IMG/VR virus record: IMGVR_UViG_3300017648_000005
Location: 1-43,568 of that record
Source of the DNA: a virus
Taxonomy: Duplodnaviria; Caudoviricetes
DNA: 43,568 bases
Direction: 5' to 3' (one strand)
Shown here: positions 26,086-36,289 of the stretch, piece after piece
Numbering within the stretch: the stretch's first letter is position 1
Layout: each line of letters begins with the position of its first letter
Program-made: the position numbers and the translations under genes
Notes under the pieces: generated by a model
What the model was told of the DNA's origin: nothing
The model's database searches: none
Seen by the model: only the letters and a program-made list of their open reading frames with translations

Positions 26086-26339
26086 TTGAAGCAGGCGTAT
26101 TACTCGTTGGCATCATACTGGGATATCTGCTGTGCTATATTGCAACCAATCGACACACGACATTAAGCAAATCACGCGACGAGAACACTGTCATGGTCAA
26201 GCGCAGCCGAATGAGCTTGCGAAGCCCTTTGCAAACGAACCGTGTGCAGTATGACAAGTTCAAAACTCGCGGAACTGGATTGTATTCGCCGGTCAAACCC
26301 AAAAGCGATAAGAAAGAAGATGTTGAAGTAGGAAATTGA
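26082..26339 (+). CDS. Small membrane-anchored protein
   Basis: N-terminal TM; AGGAGG RBS. Confidence 0.6.
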   Translation: MIEAGVLLVGIILGYLLCYIATNRHTTLSKSRDENTVMVKRSRMSLRSPLQTNRVQYDKFKTRGTGLYSPVKPKSDKKEDVEVGN

Positions 26340-28279
26340 AAGAAGGTGACACATTGAAACTGCCTGAAGCATTTACAACCAACCAAGACATCGAACAACG
26401 AGATCCACGTACCGAAATCATGGATGAAGAAGAAATTTCATTATCGAACAACATACTGGAATGGTATCGGTCAGGATGGTTTGACAAGGATAACCGTAAC
26501 TTGTTCGACAAATGGGAATCCATAGACCTGTATTGGGAAGGTGACGCGAACGAACCGGAGAGCGACAATGATCCAGCGTCAAACACAAACATCGTTAATC
26601 CAAACGTTGAGGGCCAAGTTGCTTACCTGATCGAACAGAACCTTGCGATCCAGACTAAAGCTCGCGGACCTTCCGACATGGCATTTGCGGATACGGCGCG
26701 GATCATCATGGAATTCGTCAAAGACCGTAACAAGATGCGCCGTAAGTTGGACGTACATGAGCGTAGACGGATGAAATTCGGCACGGGGATATTCAGAGTA
26801 TTGTTCCAGCCTGATTATCTGGACGGTCTAGGATTGCCTGTAATCGACGTTTGCAATCCTGCCTATGTGTTCCCCGATCCGAATATCACGGACATTTACA
26901 AGGTGCAGGAAGGCCGCTTTCTGATCGAAGTCATGAACAAATCGATCTCATGGGCACGAGAAAGTGGATTGTATCCGGAAGATCGTGTGAAGGCCATCAT
27001 GCCGGGATATCATCCTATCTCAATGGACTTTTTATTCGGAGAAGAAGACGGAGAAGCGGATGCAATCAGCCGGGATCATTATCTGCACATGCTCGTCTGG
27101 TTTCGCGACAAGGTTAAGCAGAAAGAAATCGTAATAGAGACACGGACAGAGACAGTCGAAGAAACTGGCGAGGAAATCGAGGTTGAAGAGAAGGTCGAAA
27201 AAGAAGTCGAAGTCTACAAAATGCGGTTAATCGAAATGAGTGGCGATGGGATCATTCTTCGGGACACGAAGGACGATCCCTATTTTGTAATTCCCGGTGA
27301 CATTTACCCGTACTTCTTCACGCCTGACATGTACAGGGAAGGCACGGTATGGGCCAAATCAACAGCGGAATTGCTCGTTGACACGCAAGACCTGATAAAC
27401 GATATCGATGATCAGGTAAGGATAAATGGACGACTGACAGGAAATCCGCAACGGTGGGTGTCTACGGAATCCGGTGTTGATCCCGACAAATGGGATAATG
27501 ACGGAGGGTTGACATTGCCAACGGATTTTCCCGGTGGAAATCCAGGATTCGGATACTTGGAGCCGCCTAGCATGCCGCAGTATATTATCGAGCGACGAAA
27601 CCAAGCATTTCAGGAACGTCAAATCATCGCTCGTTTTAGCGATCAACAAAGTGGCGTAAAACAAGCCGGGGTTGATACGGCAACTGAAGCATTAGCATTG
27701 CAGCAAGGAGCGAATTCAGGCGTTAACCATAAGAAAATGCTGCTGGAAGAGACACTATCCGATATGTTCGAATATATTCTTGACCTGTGCATGGAGTATT
27801 GGGACCAAGAAATGGCGTTTGCGGTAACGGAAAAAGAGGACAGTTACATGTTCTTTCGACCATCTGACCTTAAAGAAGTGCCTGTTCTCATTCCAGCCAC
27901 AGAAGGATATCAGCGGAATTTCAATAAACAGCTTCAATTTATGGGAATCCAACCAGAACAAGCGCCGTCCTATATGCCACTTATGGGTGACGGGGGACAG
28001 CCTGAGACCAAGAAGGTCGCTTTGGATATTACGGTTACCGTAGGAGCTGGGTTGCCGCAAAATAAAGCGTTTATCTACAGCGTCATAAAAGAAAGTGCAA
28101 ACCTGCTTCAACCGCATACGTTATTGCGCCTGTTGCGTGATTATGTGGGATTGCCAGTGACGGACGAGGATATGATGCCACAACAACCAATGATGCCTCC
28201 AAACGCACCAATGGAAAATCCGGTGATTCAAGGGCTAACGCCACAAGGTAATCCGATGATGCCGCAGGGGGTGGTGTAA
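26336..28279 (+). CDS. Portal protein (P22-like)
   Basis: 647 aa after terL; G.G...V and TATE motifs; Q/P/M-rich tail. Confidence 0.85.
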   Translation: MKEGDTLKLPEAFTTNQDIEQRDPRTEIMDEEEISLSNNILEWYRSGWFDKDNRNLFDKWESIDLYWEGDANEPESDNDPASNTNIVNPNVEGQVAYLIEQNLAIQTKARGPSDMAFADTARIIMEFVKDRNKMRRKLDVHERRRMKFGTGIFRVLFQPDYLDGLGLPVIDVCNPAYVFPDPNITDIYKVQEGRFLIEVMNKSISWARESGLYPEDRVKAIMPGYHPISMDFLFGEEDGEADAISRDHYLHMLVWFRDKVKQKEIVIETRTETVEETGEEIEVEEKVEKEVEVYKMRLIEMSGDGIILRDTKDDPYFVIPGDIYPYFFTPDMYREGTVWAKSTAELLVDTQDLINDIDDQVRINGRLTGNPQRWVSTESGVDPDKWDNDGGLTLPTDFPGGNPGFGYLEPPSMPQYIIERRNQAFQERQIIARFSDQQSGVKQAGVDTATEALALQQGANSGVNHKKMLLEETLSDMFEYILDLCMEYWDQEMAFAVTEKEDSYMFFRPSDLKEVPVLIPATEGYQRNFNKQLQFMGIQPEQAPSYMPLMGDGGQPETKKVALDITVTVGAGLPQNKAFIYSVIKESANLLQPHTLLRLLRDYVGLPVTDEDMMPQQPMMPPNAPMENPVIQGLTPQGNPMMPQGVV

Positions 28280-28522
28280 ATGCTAACGAATCGCATCGGT
28301 CTAAATGAGTGGAAACGACACGCGCATAGTCACCCGTGGATCGGACAGATTGGCGGCGAAAAGCGAACCATTCAACATCCTGTGTGTCCACGTTGCGAGA
28401 AAATCGCGTTGAGGGATAAAGGATGGGCAGCCAATCGCATGGCGCGTTGTCCGGCATGTGGATGGTCTGGTCGAGCGCAAATGCTGCTGAACGAATATGT
28501 ACAAGAAAAAATGTGGAGGTAG
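28280..28522 (+). CDS. Zinc-finger protein
   Basis: CPRC...CPACG. Confidence 0.65.
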   Translation: MLTNRIGLNEWKRHAHSHPWIGQIGGEKRTIQHPVCPRCEKIALRDKGWAANRMARCPACGWSGRAQMLLNEYVQEKMWR

Positions 28523-28528
28523 ATAATC

Positions 28529-28705
28529 ATGGCAAAGTCAATGAAACCCGGTGGCGGTGGACGATTCCAGAAACTGACCAAGGAATTGCAGCGTGAAGGT
28601 AAATCCAAGGAATCAGCCCAAGCAATCGCCGCAAGTATCGGGCGTAAGAAATACGGTGAAAAGAAAATGGCACAATGGTCTGCGAAAGGCAGGAAGAAGA
28701 AATGA
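28529..28705 (+). CDS. Small basic protein
   Basis: MAKSMKPGGGGRFQKL...AASIGRKKYG; GGAGG RBS. Confidence 0.7.
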   Translation: MAKSMKPGGGGRFQKLTKELQREGKSKESAQAIAASIGRKKYGEKKMAQWSAKGRKKK

Positions 28706-29070
28706 ACCATCTTAACCGCACCACTTGTTGCAATCACCAATTCACAGCCAACGATATCAAAGGAAAACTGATGAACCAAAAAGAAGCGTTGGGCACCAAT
28801 GATCCGCATTTGTGGGGAGGAAATGTCCAGCGTTTTGCATATACCACATGTCCGAAGTGCAATAAAAAATATCTGATGTGGCTCAAGATAAGCCCTCCAA
28901 GCTTTAAGGTTATGACCTTGAGCGCTGTCGAGACTAAGGTAATCCCTTCACCGGATGATCGCGATGCATTAAAGGCATGGCTGGACGATAAGGGAATCGA
29001 GTACGCAAGGAACCTGTCCACTGACAAACTGTATGAAAAAGTATTAGAATCCCAAACCGCGCTTGTATAG
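28702..29070 (+). CDS. Hypothetical protein, Zn motif plus HeH/LEM-like C-terminus
   Basis: CPKC; LKAWLDDKGIEY. Confidence 0.65.
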   Translation: MNHLNRTTCCNHQFTANDIKGKLMNQKEALGTNDPHLWGGNVQRFAYTTCPKCNKKYLMWLKISPPSFKVMTLSAVETKVIPSPDDRDALKAWLDDKGIEYARNLSTDKLYEKVLESQTALV

Positions 29071-29206
29071 GCGGTTTTTCTTATGCCCATCGTATCGGGC
29101 TTTCGAAGATACGTCTCGGTGAGCATACACGGCATAAAAGCAGGGTTATCGGTTCCCTTTAAAAATCGCAAATCGTGGGTGACACGCAAAAACACGGAGG
29201 TTAACT

Positions 29207-30085
29207 ATGAACAATTCCAAGTATCGTTTTCCGTTGAATCTGCAATATTTCGCGGAGGAATCCGTCAATGAATCCGAGGTAGATGCGGGCGAAGATCAGC
29301 CGTTCACCATCGTGGATGATGAAGAGGATTTGCCGCCTGTTCAAGTAACGGATGACGGAGAAATCGAAATCAATACCGATGATTTGGAGGATGACAATGA
29401 AGAAGGGCAAACCGCAACCGATGGCGACAACGTGCAGCGGGAAGAAGAAGTAAAGGACGATAAACCTGAACCTAACGCCGCTGCGAAAGCGGCTATGGCT
29501 GAACGTAAGAAATTCCAAGAGCGCCTAAAGGCATACGAACAAAAAGCTGCGATTGCCGAAAAGGTTATGAAGGCTGCCGGTATCGACGATCCCGAAAAGT
29601 TCCAGCAGCAATTGGACGAGTTGGAAGCGAGGAAGCTCCAACAACAAGGAATGGACCCGAAAGTCGCTGCTGACCTAGTCGCACAAAAACGGGAAATCGA
29701 AGAGATGAAGCGTACTCTTTCACGTCAAAAGTTCGATGTCGAAGCTACGAAGCTGAAAGAAGACCCGTTCTTCGCAGATATCGAAGACTGGCGCGATGAA
29801 GTGGAGGATTTGGCTTCGCGGACGAATCAATCGCTAGAAGCGGCTTATATGGCGCTGAGAGGGCGCGAACGCATGCAGGAGTATCGTCGGGAATTGGAAC
29901 AGAAAATGCAGGCCAGCCAAGCGAAGAAGAACAGCGCGCGTATCAACACAACCGGGGGAAGCGGAACGATGCCGAAAACGGAAAAGCTCAATCTTACCCC
30001 CGATCAATTGGCAATGGCGAAAATCGCGGTTAAAAACGGAACGTTCAAAAGCGTGGCAGAATACGCAAAATACGCGAAAAAGTGA
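29207..30085 (+). CDS. Capsid scaffolding protein
   Basis: LNLQYFAE leader, acidic then coiled-coil; precedes capsid genes. Confidence 0.8.
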   Translation: MNNSKYRFPLNLQYFAEESVNESEVDAGEDQPFTIVDDEEDLPPVQVTDDGEIEINTDDLEDDNEEGQTATDGDNVQREEEVKDDKPEPNAAAKAAMAERKKFQERLKAYEQKAAIAEKVMKAAGIDDPEKFQQQLDELEARKLQQQGMDPKVAADLVAQKREIEEMKRTLSRQKFDVEATKLKEDPFFADIEDWRDEVEDLASRTNQSLEAAYMALRGRERMQEYRRELEQKMQASQAKKNSARINTTGGSGTMPKTEKLNLTPDQLAMAKIAVKNGTFKSVAEYAKYAKK

Positions 30086-30095
30086 GGGAATCTGA

Positions 30096-30524
30096 ATGAA
30101 ACGTGTCGTGTACAAAGGGAGTTTGGACGGAACGGCTCCCATTTATAAAGAATTTCCTGTGAATGACAACCAAACCATTCAAGAAGGTGACATTACGGTT
30201 ATCGCAACCGGGAAGGCCAGCATTGCGGCCGCTTCCGCAGCAACAGGAACAGTCTTGGGTCCATCCAATACGGAGATTGCCACCACTACAGCAACCGCAG
30301 ACGATGTGATCAAAGTCGATGTAAACCCGCATTCGGTTTATCGTATGGGTTATACCGGAACCGCGACGCCTGTTATCGGCACCAAATACAATTTGGGCGC
30401 AGCGGCTTATCAGTTTAACTCGGATAATACAACGGGTGGGTTTATCCAAGTGGTTGGGAATGTTGACGAAGATGAAAAAGAAGCGGATGTATTGTTGTGC
30501 AACCGCGTATTTACGGGGAACTAA
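30096..30524 (+). CDS. Capsid decoration/cement protein
   Basis: Small beta-rich protein between scaffold and capsid. Confidence 0.6.
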   Translation: MKRVVYKGSLDGTAPIYKEFPVNDNQTIQEGDITVIATGKASIAAASAATGTVLGPSNTEIATTTATADDVIKVDVNPHSVYRMGYTGTATPVIGTKYNLGAAAYQFNSDNTTGGFIQVVGNVDEDEKEADVLLCNRVFTGN

Positions 30525-30538
30525 GGGGGAATTAAACC

Positions 30539-31453
30539 ATGAAAATGACCAGAGATAACTTCCGAGAACTGCTTGAACCGATTCATAAAAAAATCGTTGC
30601 GGACACCTATGCACAACTTCCGCAACAATATACCCAAGTTGTCACAGTGGGCGATATGGATAAATGGCAAGTCTCTTATCCGCACATTGGAGCATTCGGA
30701 ACATGGAATGAAAACACTGAGGGCAACACGATTAACGAAACGGAAATCAGCCAAGGCGATGTCGCATACTTCACGGCACGCCGTTTTGATAACGGTTATT
30801 CCGTGACGTGGGAACTCACACGCGACAATCTCTACGGGCCTACGGGCGTATTGGCTGGATTCGGTAAAGGCGGCAGCGCAGGGGCGTTAGCTCGCGGCCT
30901 GAGACAAACAGAGGAAATCCAAGCAGCGGCACCGATCAATGGAGGTTTCACAAATGTCGGGTACGACGGCAAACCTCTATTTGCAAGCGATCACCCATTG
31001 ACGGATTCCAACAAAGTCGGAGATAACCTGATCGAAGGCGAATTGATCCCGGAAACCGTCAAAGAAGGCATGACCAAAATGCGCCATACGTTTAATGAAG
31101 CTGGCACAATCATTCCGGCACGAACAAAGCAAATCATTGTCGGACCTGAGAATGAATTCACGGTTATGGAAATTCTCAAATCCGTGAATCAGGCATTCGA
31201 ACTGTCCAATACAGCAAATGTCATTGAAGGTGTTCGTCCTATTGTGTGGGACTACATCGAAGGTTCGACTTTTATGCTGCGCGATCCGTCCTATGAAAAT
31301 CTGAAGCTGTTGTGGCGTGACAAGCCGCGTTTTGATTCGATGCCACTGCCGAAAACGGTGGACTGGTTCATGTATGGTTATGCGCGTTTTGACACGGGAT
31401 ACATGGACTGGCGCGGTCTTGTGGGTTGCACGGGCATTAAGCCTGCGCCGTAA
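30539..31453 (+). CDS. Major capsid protein (Mu gpT-like HK97 fold)
   Basis: GYDGKPLFASDHP and ARF..GY.DWRG motifs. Confidence 0.88.
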   Translation: MKMTRDNFRELLEPIHKKIVADTYAQLPQQYTQVVTVGDMDKWQVSYPHIGAFGTWNENTEGNTINETEISQGDVAYFTARRFDNGYSVTWELTRDNLYGPTGVLAGFGKGGSAGALARGLRQTEEIQAAAPINGGFTNVGYDGKPLFASDHPLTDSNKVGDNLIEGELIPETVKEGMTKMRHTFNEAGTIIPARTKQIIVGPENEFTVMEILKSVNQAFELSNTANVIEGVRPIVWDYIEGSTFMLRDPSYENLKLLWRDKPRFDSMPLPKTVDWFMYGYARFDTGYMDWRGLVGCTGIKPAP

Positions 31454-31464
31454 GGGGGATTACG

Positions 31465-31761
31465 ATGGCTAAAATTGTCTTGAACGACGGCCTGATCCTC
31501 TTCGACGAGGTGGTCGGCAATGTTACAGAAACGATTGACCCTGAATCAATCGGCGCAAACGGGACAGCTACGACGACTGTAACCATTACTGGTGCGGCAA
31601 TGGGCGATATTGTCATAGTCGCTCCCGGTGTGGATTTGCAGGGGATGGTGCATTCTGCATATGTTTCGGATGCTGATACGGTAACGATCGTCCTCTTTAA
31701 CCCGACAGCAGGCGCTATTGACCTGGCATCCTCCGAATGGAAGGTGAAGGTGTTGCGATAA
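31465..31761 (+). CDS. Virion structural/decoration protein
   Basis: Beta-rich; follows capsid. Confidence 0.6.
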   Translation: MAKIVLNDGLILFDEVVGNVTETIDPESIGANGTATTTVTITGAAMGDIVIVAPGVDLQGMVHSAYVSDADTVTIVLFNPTAGAIDLASSEWKVKVLR

Positions 31762-31922
31762 TGGCAAAGTGGAAAATAAGTGAAGGTGGTTCAAAAACGC
31801 CGAAGCTTCCCTATGTCGGAACGTGGGCACACTTTAACAAACTACCAGAAGAAGAGAAGTCCAAGCTATTTAACGCGATGCGTGCGGAACTTATCGCAAA
31901 TGGCAAGATGGAATCGAAGTAA
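31761..31922 (+). CDS. Hypothetical protein
   Basis: Coupled ORF followed by terminator 31922-31948. Confidence 0.5.
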   Translation: MAKWKISEGGSKTPKLPYVGTWAHFNKLPEEEKSKLFNAMRAELIANGKMESK

Positions 31923-31967
31923 GGGAGGGCGAAACGCTCTCCCTTTTTCATTATGTGGGGTGATTAT

Positions 31968-32897
31968 ATGACTTATGTCAAAATAACGGATAAAAATGGC
32001 GTTCCAATCGATGATGATAACCGACTTCCTGTCAGCATTGACGGAGGCGGCGGTGGTGGCGGTTCGATGAACGTCAACATCGCAAGCGACTCCGCAGGAC
32101 TCGCAACCGCAGCAGGCCAACAGGATATCGTAGATGCCATTCAAGCCCTTGGAGGCGGCGACGCATCAAGTGCTATCTATAGCGGCACAGCCAACGTTAC
32201 AACAACCGCAGCCGCATTGACAGCACAAGCGATAGGTGAGGTGATTATCCAAAACGACGCCGACAGCACGAATGACGTATTTATCGGCAATAACACCGCC
32301 CAAGATTGGCGTTTAAAGCCCGGAGAGTGGGTAAGCGTCAAAGTATCCAATCTTAACCTAATCTACGCTAAAACGTCCACAGGAACGGCGACATTGCGAT
32401 ATTTTGCGCGTAGTGCTGCGGGGATTGGCGGGGGTGGAGGATCGCCGGTACCTGTTCAGTTAACGGGGGGTAAAGTTGAAGTAACGACTATCATAAACGC
32501 TCAGTCTGTAGCGCCGGGAGGAAGTACCGGTAACGTTTCGATGGGTTTGGACGGAACCGAAGTCGAGGCATGGGTGAATATAACGATTGATAAGCAGCCG
32601 TGGACCTTACACGGGTCGTCAAATATTTATGTCAACACTGATGGAGGAACAAGGAGTGCGAAAACGTTTTACCCGAGTTACGAGAACCACACTAGCACTT
32701 ATTCAAGCGCTGTATCTGGTGCGCGCGCCTTATATTTGGGCATGAGCACATCCAATTCCGGGGTAAACGATCCCACTAATATGCAAGAAGCGAAGGCGAT
32801 TGCTATTCCCCCTGTGAGCGGGCGAAACTTGAGGATAGTCAATGGATCTGCGGAAAACGCTACTATTACGGTTAGAGTTTTAAGAGTTAAACGATAG
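31968..32897 (+). CDS. Fibre-like structural protein with Gly linkers
   Basis: Poly-Gly linkers separate domains. Confidence 0.6.
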   Translation: MTYVKITDKNGVPIDDDNRLPVSIDGGGGGGGSMNVNIASDSAGLATAAGQQDIVDAIQALGGGDASSAIYSGTANVTTTAAALTAQAIGEVIIQNDADSTNDVFIGNNTAQDWRLKPGEWVSVKVSNLNLIYAKTSTGTATLRYFARSAAGIGGGGGSPVPVQLTGGKVEVTTIINAQSVAPGGSTGNVSMGLDGTEVEAWVNITIDKQPWTLHGSSNIYVNTDGGTRSAKTFYPSYENHTSTYSSAVSGARALYLGMSTSNSGVNDPTNMQEAKAIAIPPVSGRNLRIVNGSAENATITVRVLRVKR

Positions 32898-32900
32898 GGG

Positions 32901-33110
32901 ATGTTGAGTATGACTGAACAACGAAAGCAAGAAATCATTGCGGCATTGCAGGCCATTTATGCAGCATTTACACCCACGGATGACGAACCTGAGTTGACCA
33001 TGTTCGGACTTATCAGCCGTTACAATGCCACAGGACAAAACACGGAATTGATCGGCGGGGATTGGGTCATTGCAAACTGCCCTGATCCGCTGAAAAGTCT
33101 GCCGGTCTAA
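32901..33110 (+). CDS. Hypothetical protein
   Basis: Operon context. Confidence 0.55.
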   Translation: MLSMTEQRKQEIIAALQAIYAAFTPTDDEPELTMFGLISRYNATGQNTELIGGDWVIANCPDPLKSLPV

Positions 33111-33138
33111 TTCACACGGTTCAATACCTAAACAAGGG

Positions 33139-33948
33139 GTGACAACCATGTATATGTATCAACCCTTTAAACCACAAGGTGACGCAGACCCTGGTCATGT
33201 CGTTTCGCCCAAAAAGTTTATGAGCGCGAATTCGCAAGGATTACAAACAGGGAATGTAGCGGATTACGCAGGGACATCCCCTATTCACGTTCAATATGTG
33301 GGAGGATACCCTGGGCAGATTCGCATACAGCTCCCCACGGGTTATTTCGAAGCGAATAACCCATCAGAACAAGTGTTCATTATGGACGGAAATTATACCG
33401 AAGAAAATATAGCAGATACTAAGTCCGTATTCGGCATGACAGGCACGTTTACCGCAGATGCCGATGCGACGGCGGCAGATATCGCAAACGGGAAAACGGC
33501 CTATGTAAAAGGACAAAAAGTCACGGGCACAATGCAACCAGCCGCATTTGCACCGTCAAAAGAAACCGCACAGGTTAACGCTACAGCATTTAATCAAAGC
33601 GATGATAGTTATGTGCTCTTGTTTAACGCATCCGTGCCGAATGTCACCGACAACCTACTCGGACTATCGATCACATTTATGACAGCCGGTGATGCGGCGT
33701 GGGAATATGAGTCGGGTAAGCACTTGGATATAACCGCCATGACATTTAACGTGATGGTTGCAAACGGAGAATTAGTTGCCAATCAACAGACGATTGATTT
33801 AGGTACGGCGTCAATGGTGGCCAATATCAATAATGCGGACATATCAGGCGGTACGGTTAGTTTTGATATTGTATTCACGCCAACCGCAGGGACATTTACG
33901 ATCAATAACAATCAACCGATGATGTCAGTCGATATATGGAGTTATTGA
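33139..33948 (+). CDS. Fibre-like structural protein
   Basis: ADATAADIANGKTAYVKGQKVTGTM fibre repeat. Confidence 0.7.
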   Translation: MTTMYMYQPFKPQGDADPGHVVSPKKFMSANSQGLQTGNVADYAGTSPIHVQYVGGYPGQIRIQLPTGYFEANNPSEQVFIMDGNYTEENIADTKSVFGMTGTFTADADATAADIANGKTAYVKGQKVTGTMQPAAFAPSKETAQVNATAFNQSDDSYVLLFNASVPNVTDNLLGLSITFMTAGDAAWEYESGKHLDITAMTFNVMVANGELVANQQTIDLGTASMVANINNADISGGTVSFDIVFTPTAGTFTINNNQPMMSVDIWSY

Positions 33949-33960
33949 GGGGGTGAGGGT

Positions 33961-35607
33961 ATGCCAAAAGTAAGTGAGTTAATGAGCAGCAGGATCGGAA
34001 ATGCCATGACCAATGTGCAGACATGGGGCAGCATAATTTATAATGTAAAGGATTACGGTCCGATTGGAAAAGGGAGAGATGGAACGACCATACAAAAGGC
34101 GCTGAATGATTGTAGTTTGAATGGAGGGGGCACGGTCAGAATTCCCCCTGGAAATTACATTTTGGATGTACCTTTGTATATTTTTTCAAACACACATTTG
34201 TATGTGGATAATGCAACTATTATTCGTGGATTCGTTGACAATCGGGCCATGCTTACAAATGGAAGAGAAGGAGCTCAATATGATGAATATGACGGGGAAA
34301 AAAATATCGTCATTGAAGGAGGGGTGTGGATATCCCATCCTAATCCTGTTGCATTTGGAGAACCTCGTAATCTCTTTGCCATGGCCAAAGGCGTCAACAC
34401 CATCATTCGCAATGTGACCTTCCGGGATGTAATCAGCTTCCATGCCCTTGATCTTAACGGCATGAAAGATGTGCTCATCGAAAATTGCCGATTTGAAGGG
34501 TTTACAGATGCCGGTGGTCGTGATTTTTCCGAAGCCATTCAGATTGCAAGTATGACCAATTTCATCACGTTTGGGAGTCATGACGATTCACCTTGCATGA
34601 ATGTCACGATCAGGAATTGTTATTTCGGACCATCAGATACTATGGGGTCATGGGGCACAGGTGTAGGGAATCACGGTGCAGCCTACAATAAATTCCAGCA
34701 AAATGTAATCATCGAAAATTGCTTTTTTGAAGGCTGCACATATGCGGGAGTCCGAACCTATCTGTTCAAGGATGTATCCATTCAGGGTAAAAATGTCTTC
34801 AAGAATTGCCAGCGTGGAATTCTTGTAAATAATCGGTTAGGGGATGGGGTAGTAGTTCCTCCACAATCTGGACAGAACCTACGTATTGTTGGAAACCTGT
34901 TTGACGGAACCATCACGAACGATATTAATATTCAAGGGGCCAGAAACGGTTCACAATACGACCTATTCGAGAATGTGGAGATTGCGGACAATGTCATTGT
35001 ACGTGATCCTTTGGATCAAGCGAACGCCATGTCCATTCGATTGGTAAAAAATCTCTCTATTCGGGGGAATCGTCTGGAATCATGCTTCCGGGGAATTCAG
35101 ACATGGTACTGTAGCGACGTCTATATTCTGGATAATCTCTTTACCAACATTGGAAGAGAAGCCATCATTACAGATGAAGATGACGTAAATCTCCCATCAG
35201 GGATGACGACCAGTCATCACATTGTGAATAACATCGTGAAGGGTGCTGGATACAATGGGATGTTCTTGCGATACATTAAAGGAATAATGGTTGTCCAAAA
35301 CTATCTTGAAGATACGGCAAATGCGGAAGAAAGTACGAGAAATGCCATATCGCTTTCTACTTTGATAGATGGGGGAATCGTGGCTCATAACCGGGTCAGA
35401 ATGGGTACTGGATTCCAAAATGCATACGGAATAAGTTTGTCGGCTTCTGCATCTAACGTCCAGTTATTCAACAACGATCTTCAGGGAAAGACGGGAAAAA
35501 TTTTAAACTCTGGCACAAATAACTTCGACGGATTCTATATTCATGCACCGAACGATACGAGATACCGAGTGACCGTTGATAATACAGGGGCAATTGTGGT
35601 AGTCTAA
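33961..35607 (+). CDS. Tailspike/depolymerase (pectate lyase-like parallel beta-helix)
   Basis: YNVKDYG...IQKALN...GGTVRIPPGNY; repeated I.NC.F beta-helix turns. Confidence 0.85.
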   Translation: MPKVSELMSSRIGNAMTNVQTWGSIIYNVKDYGPIGKGRDGTTIQKALNDCSLNGGGTVRIPPGNYILDVPLYIFSNTHLYVDNATIIRGFVDNRAMLTNGREGAQYDEYDGEKNIVIEGGVWISHPNPVAFGEPRNLFAMAKGVNTIIRNVTFRDVISFHALDLNGMKDVLIENCRFEGFTDAGGRDFSEAIQIASMTNFITFGSHDDSPCMNVTIRNCYFGPSDTMGSWGTGVGNHGAAYNKFQQNVIIENCFFEGCTYAGVRTYLFKDVSIQGKNVFKNCQRGILVNNRLGDGVVVPPQSGQNLRIVGNLFDGTITNDINIQGARNGSQYDLFENVEIADNVIVRDPLDQANAMSIRLVKNLSIRGNRLESCFRGIQTWYCSDVYILDNLFTNIGREAIITDEDDVNLPSGMTTSHHIVNNIVKGAGYNGMFLRYIKGIMVVQNYLEDTANAEESTRNAISLSTLIDGGIVAHNRVRMGTGFQNAYGISLSASASNVQLFNNDLQGKTGKILNSGTNNFDGFYIHAPNDTRYRVTVDNTGAIVVV

Positions 35608-35610
35608 CTC

Positions 35611-35638
35611 TTGTCATTTTCTGTCACTAAGTTATAAT
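35611..35638 (+). promoter_or_regulatory. Moron promoter
   Basis: TTGTCA-16bp-TATAAT. Confidence 0.7.
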
Positions 35639-35663
35639 TGGCTTAAAAACGGGACGTGCGATA

Positions 35664-36254
35664 ATGATTAAGACTAAAAAAGATTATCTGTTTTATGTTC
35701 AAGCAGACATGGCTTCATTCAAGGTAGATAAGTGGAAGCGAAGCTTAAAATACAAACACCCCACCTTGTATTTTCAACTGATCATGCGGAAAGTGGAATA
35801 TTTAAAAAGCCAGAAGAGTCAATTTTGGTGCCGGTTGCTTCTCAAATACTATCAACACAAGATGCTAAAAGTCGGTATTAATCTCGGATTGACGATTTAC
35901 CCAAACACCTTCGGACCCGGGCTTAAAATCTCGCACTACGGCAGTATCGTTGTAAACGGAAAGGTGAGAGTGGGGAAAAACTGCACGATTCATTCCTCGA
36001 CTAATATCGGACAGTACAAGGGGAAGGTTCCAAAGATCGGGCACAACGTGTACATCGGTCCTGGTGCGAAAATTTATGGTGAAATCACAATTGGCAATAA
36101 TGTGACGATCGGAGCTAATTCGGTTGTGAATAAAGACGTTCCTGACAATGTTACCGTAGCTGGGGTTCCGGCAAAGATAATTGGTGAAGGACCCGCTGTA
36201 AGGGGCCCTAGGGGAGCAGATATCGTTAGAAAACGTATGAACAGCACCCAGTAA
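35664..36254 (+). CDS. Hexapeptide-repeat O-acetyltransferase (WcaB/CysE-like)
   Basis: IGHNVYIGPGAKIYG...IGANSVVNKDVP...AGVPAKII; terminator 36241-36268. Confidence 0.9.
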   Translation: MIKTKKDYLFYVQADMASFKVDKWKRSLKYKHPTLYFQLIMRKVEYLKSQKSQFWCRLLLKYYQHKMLKVGINLGLTIYPNTFGPGLKISHYGSIVVNGKVRVGKNCTIHSSTNIGQYKGKVPKIGHNVYIGPGAKIYGEITIGNNVTIGANSVVNKDVPDNVTVAGVPAKIIGEGPAVRGPRGADIVRKRMNSTQ

Positions 36255-36289
36255 GGTGCTGTTTTTTACGTGGAGAAGAAGGTGAATTC

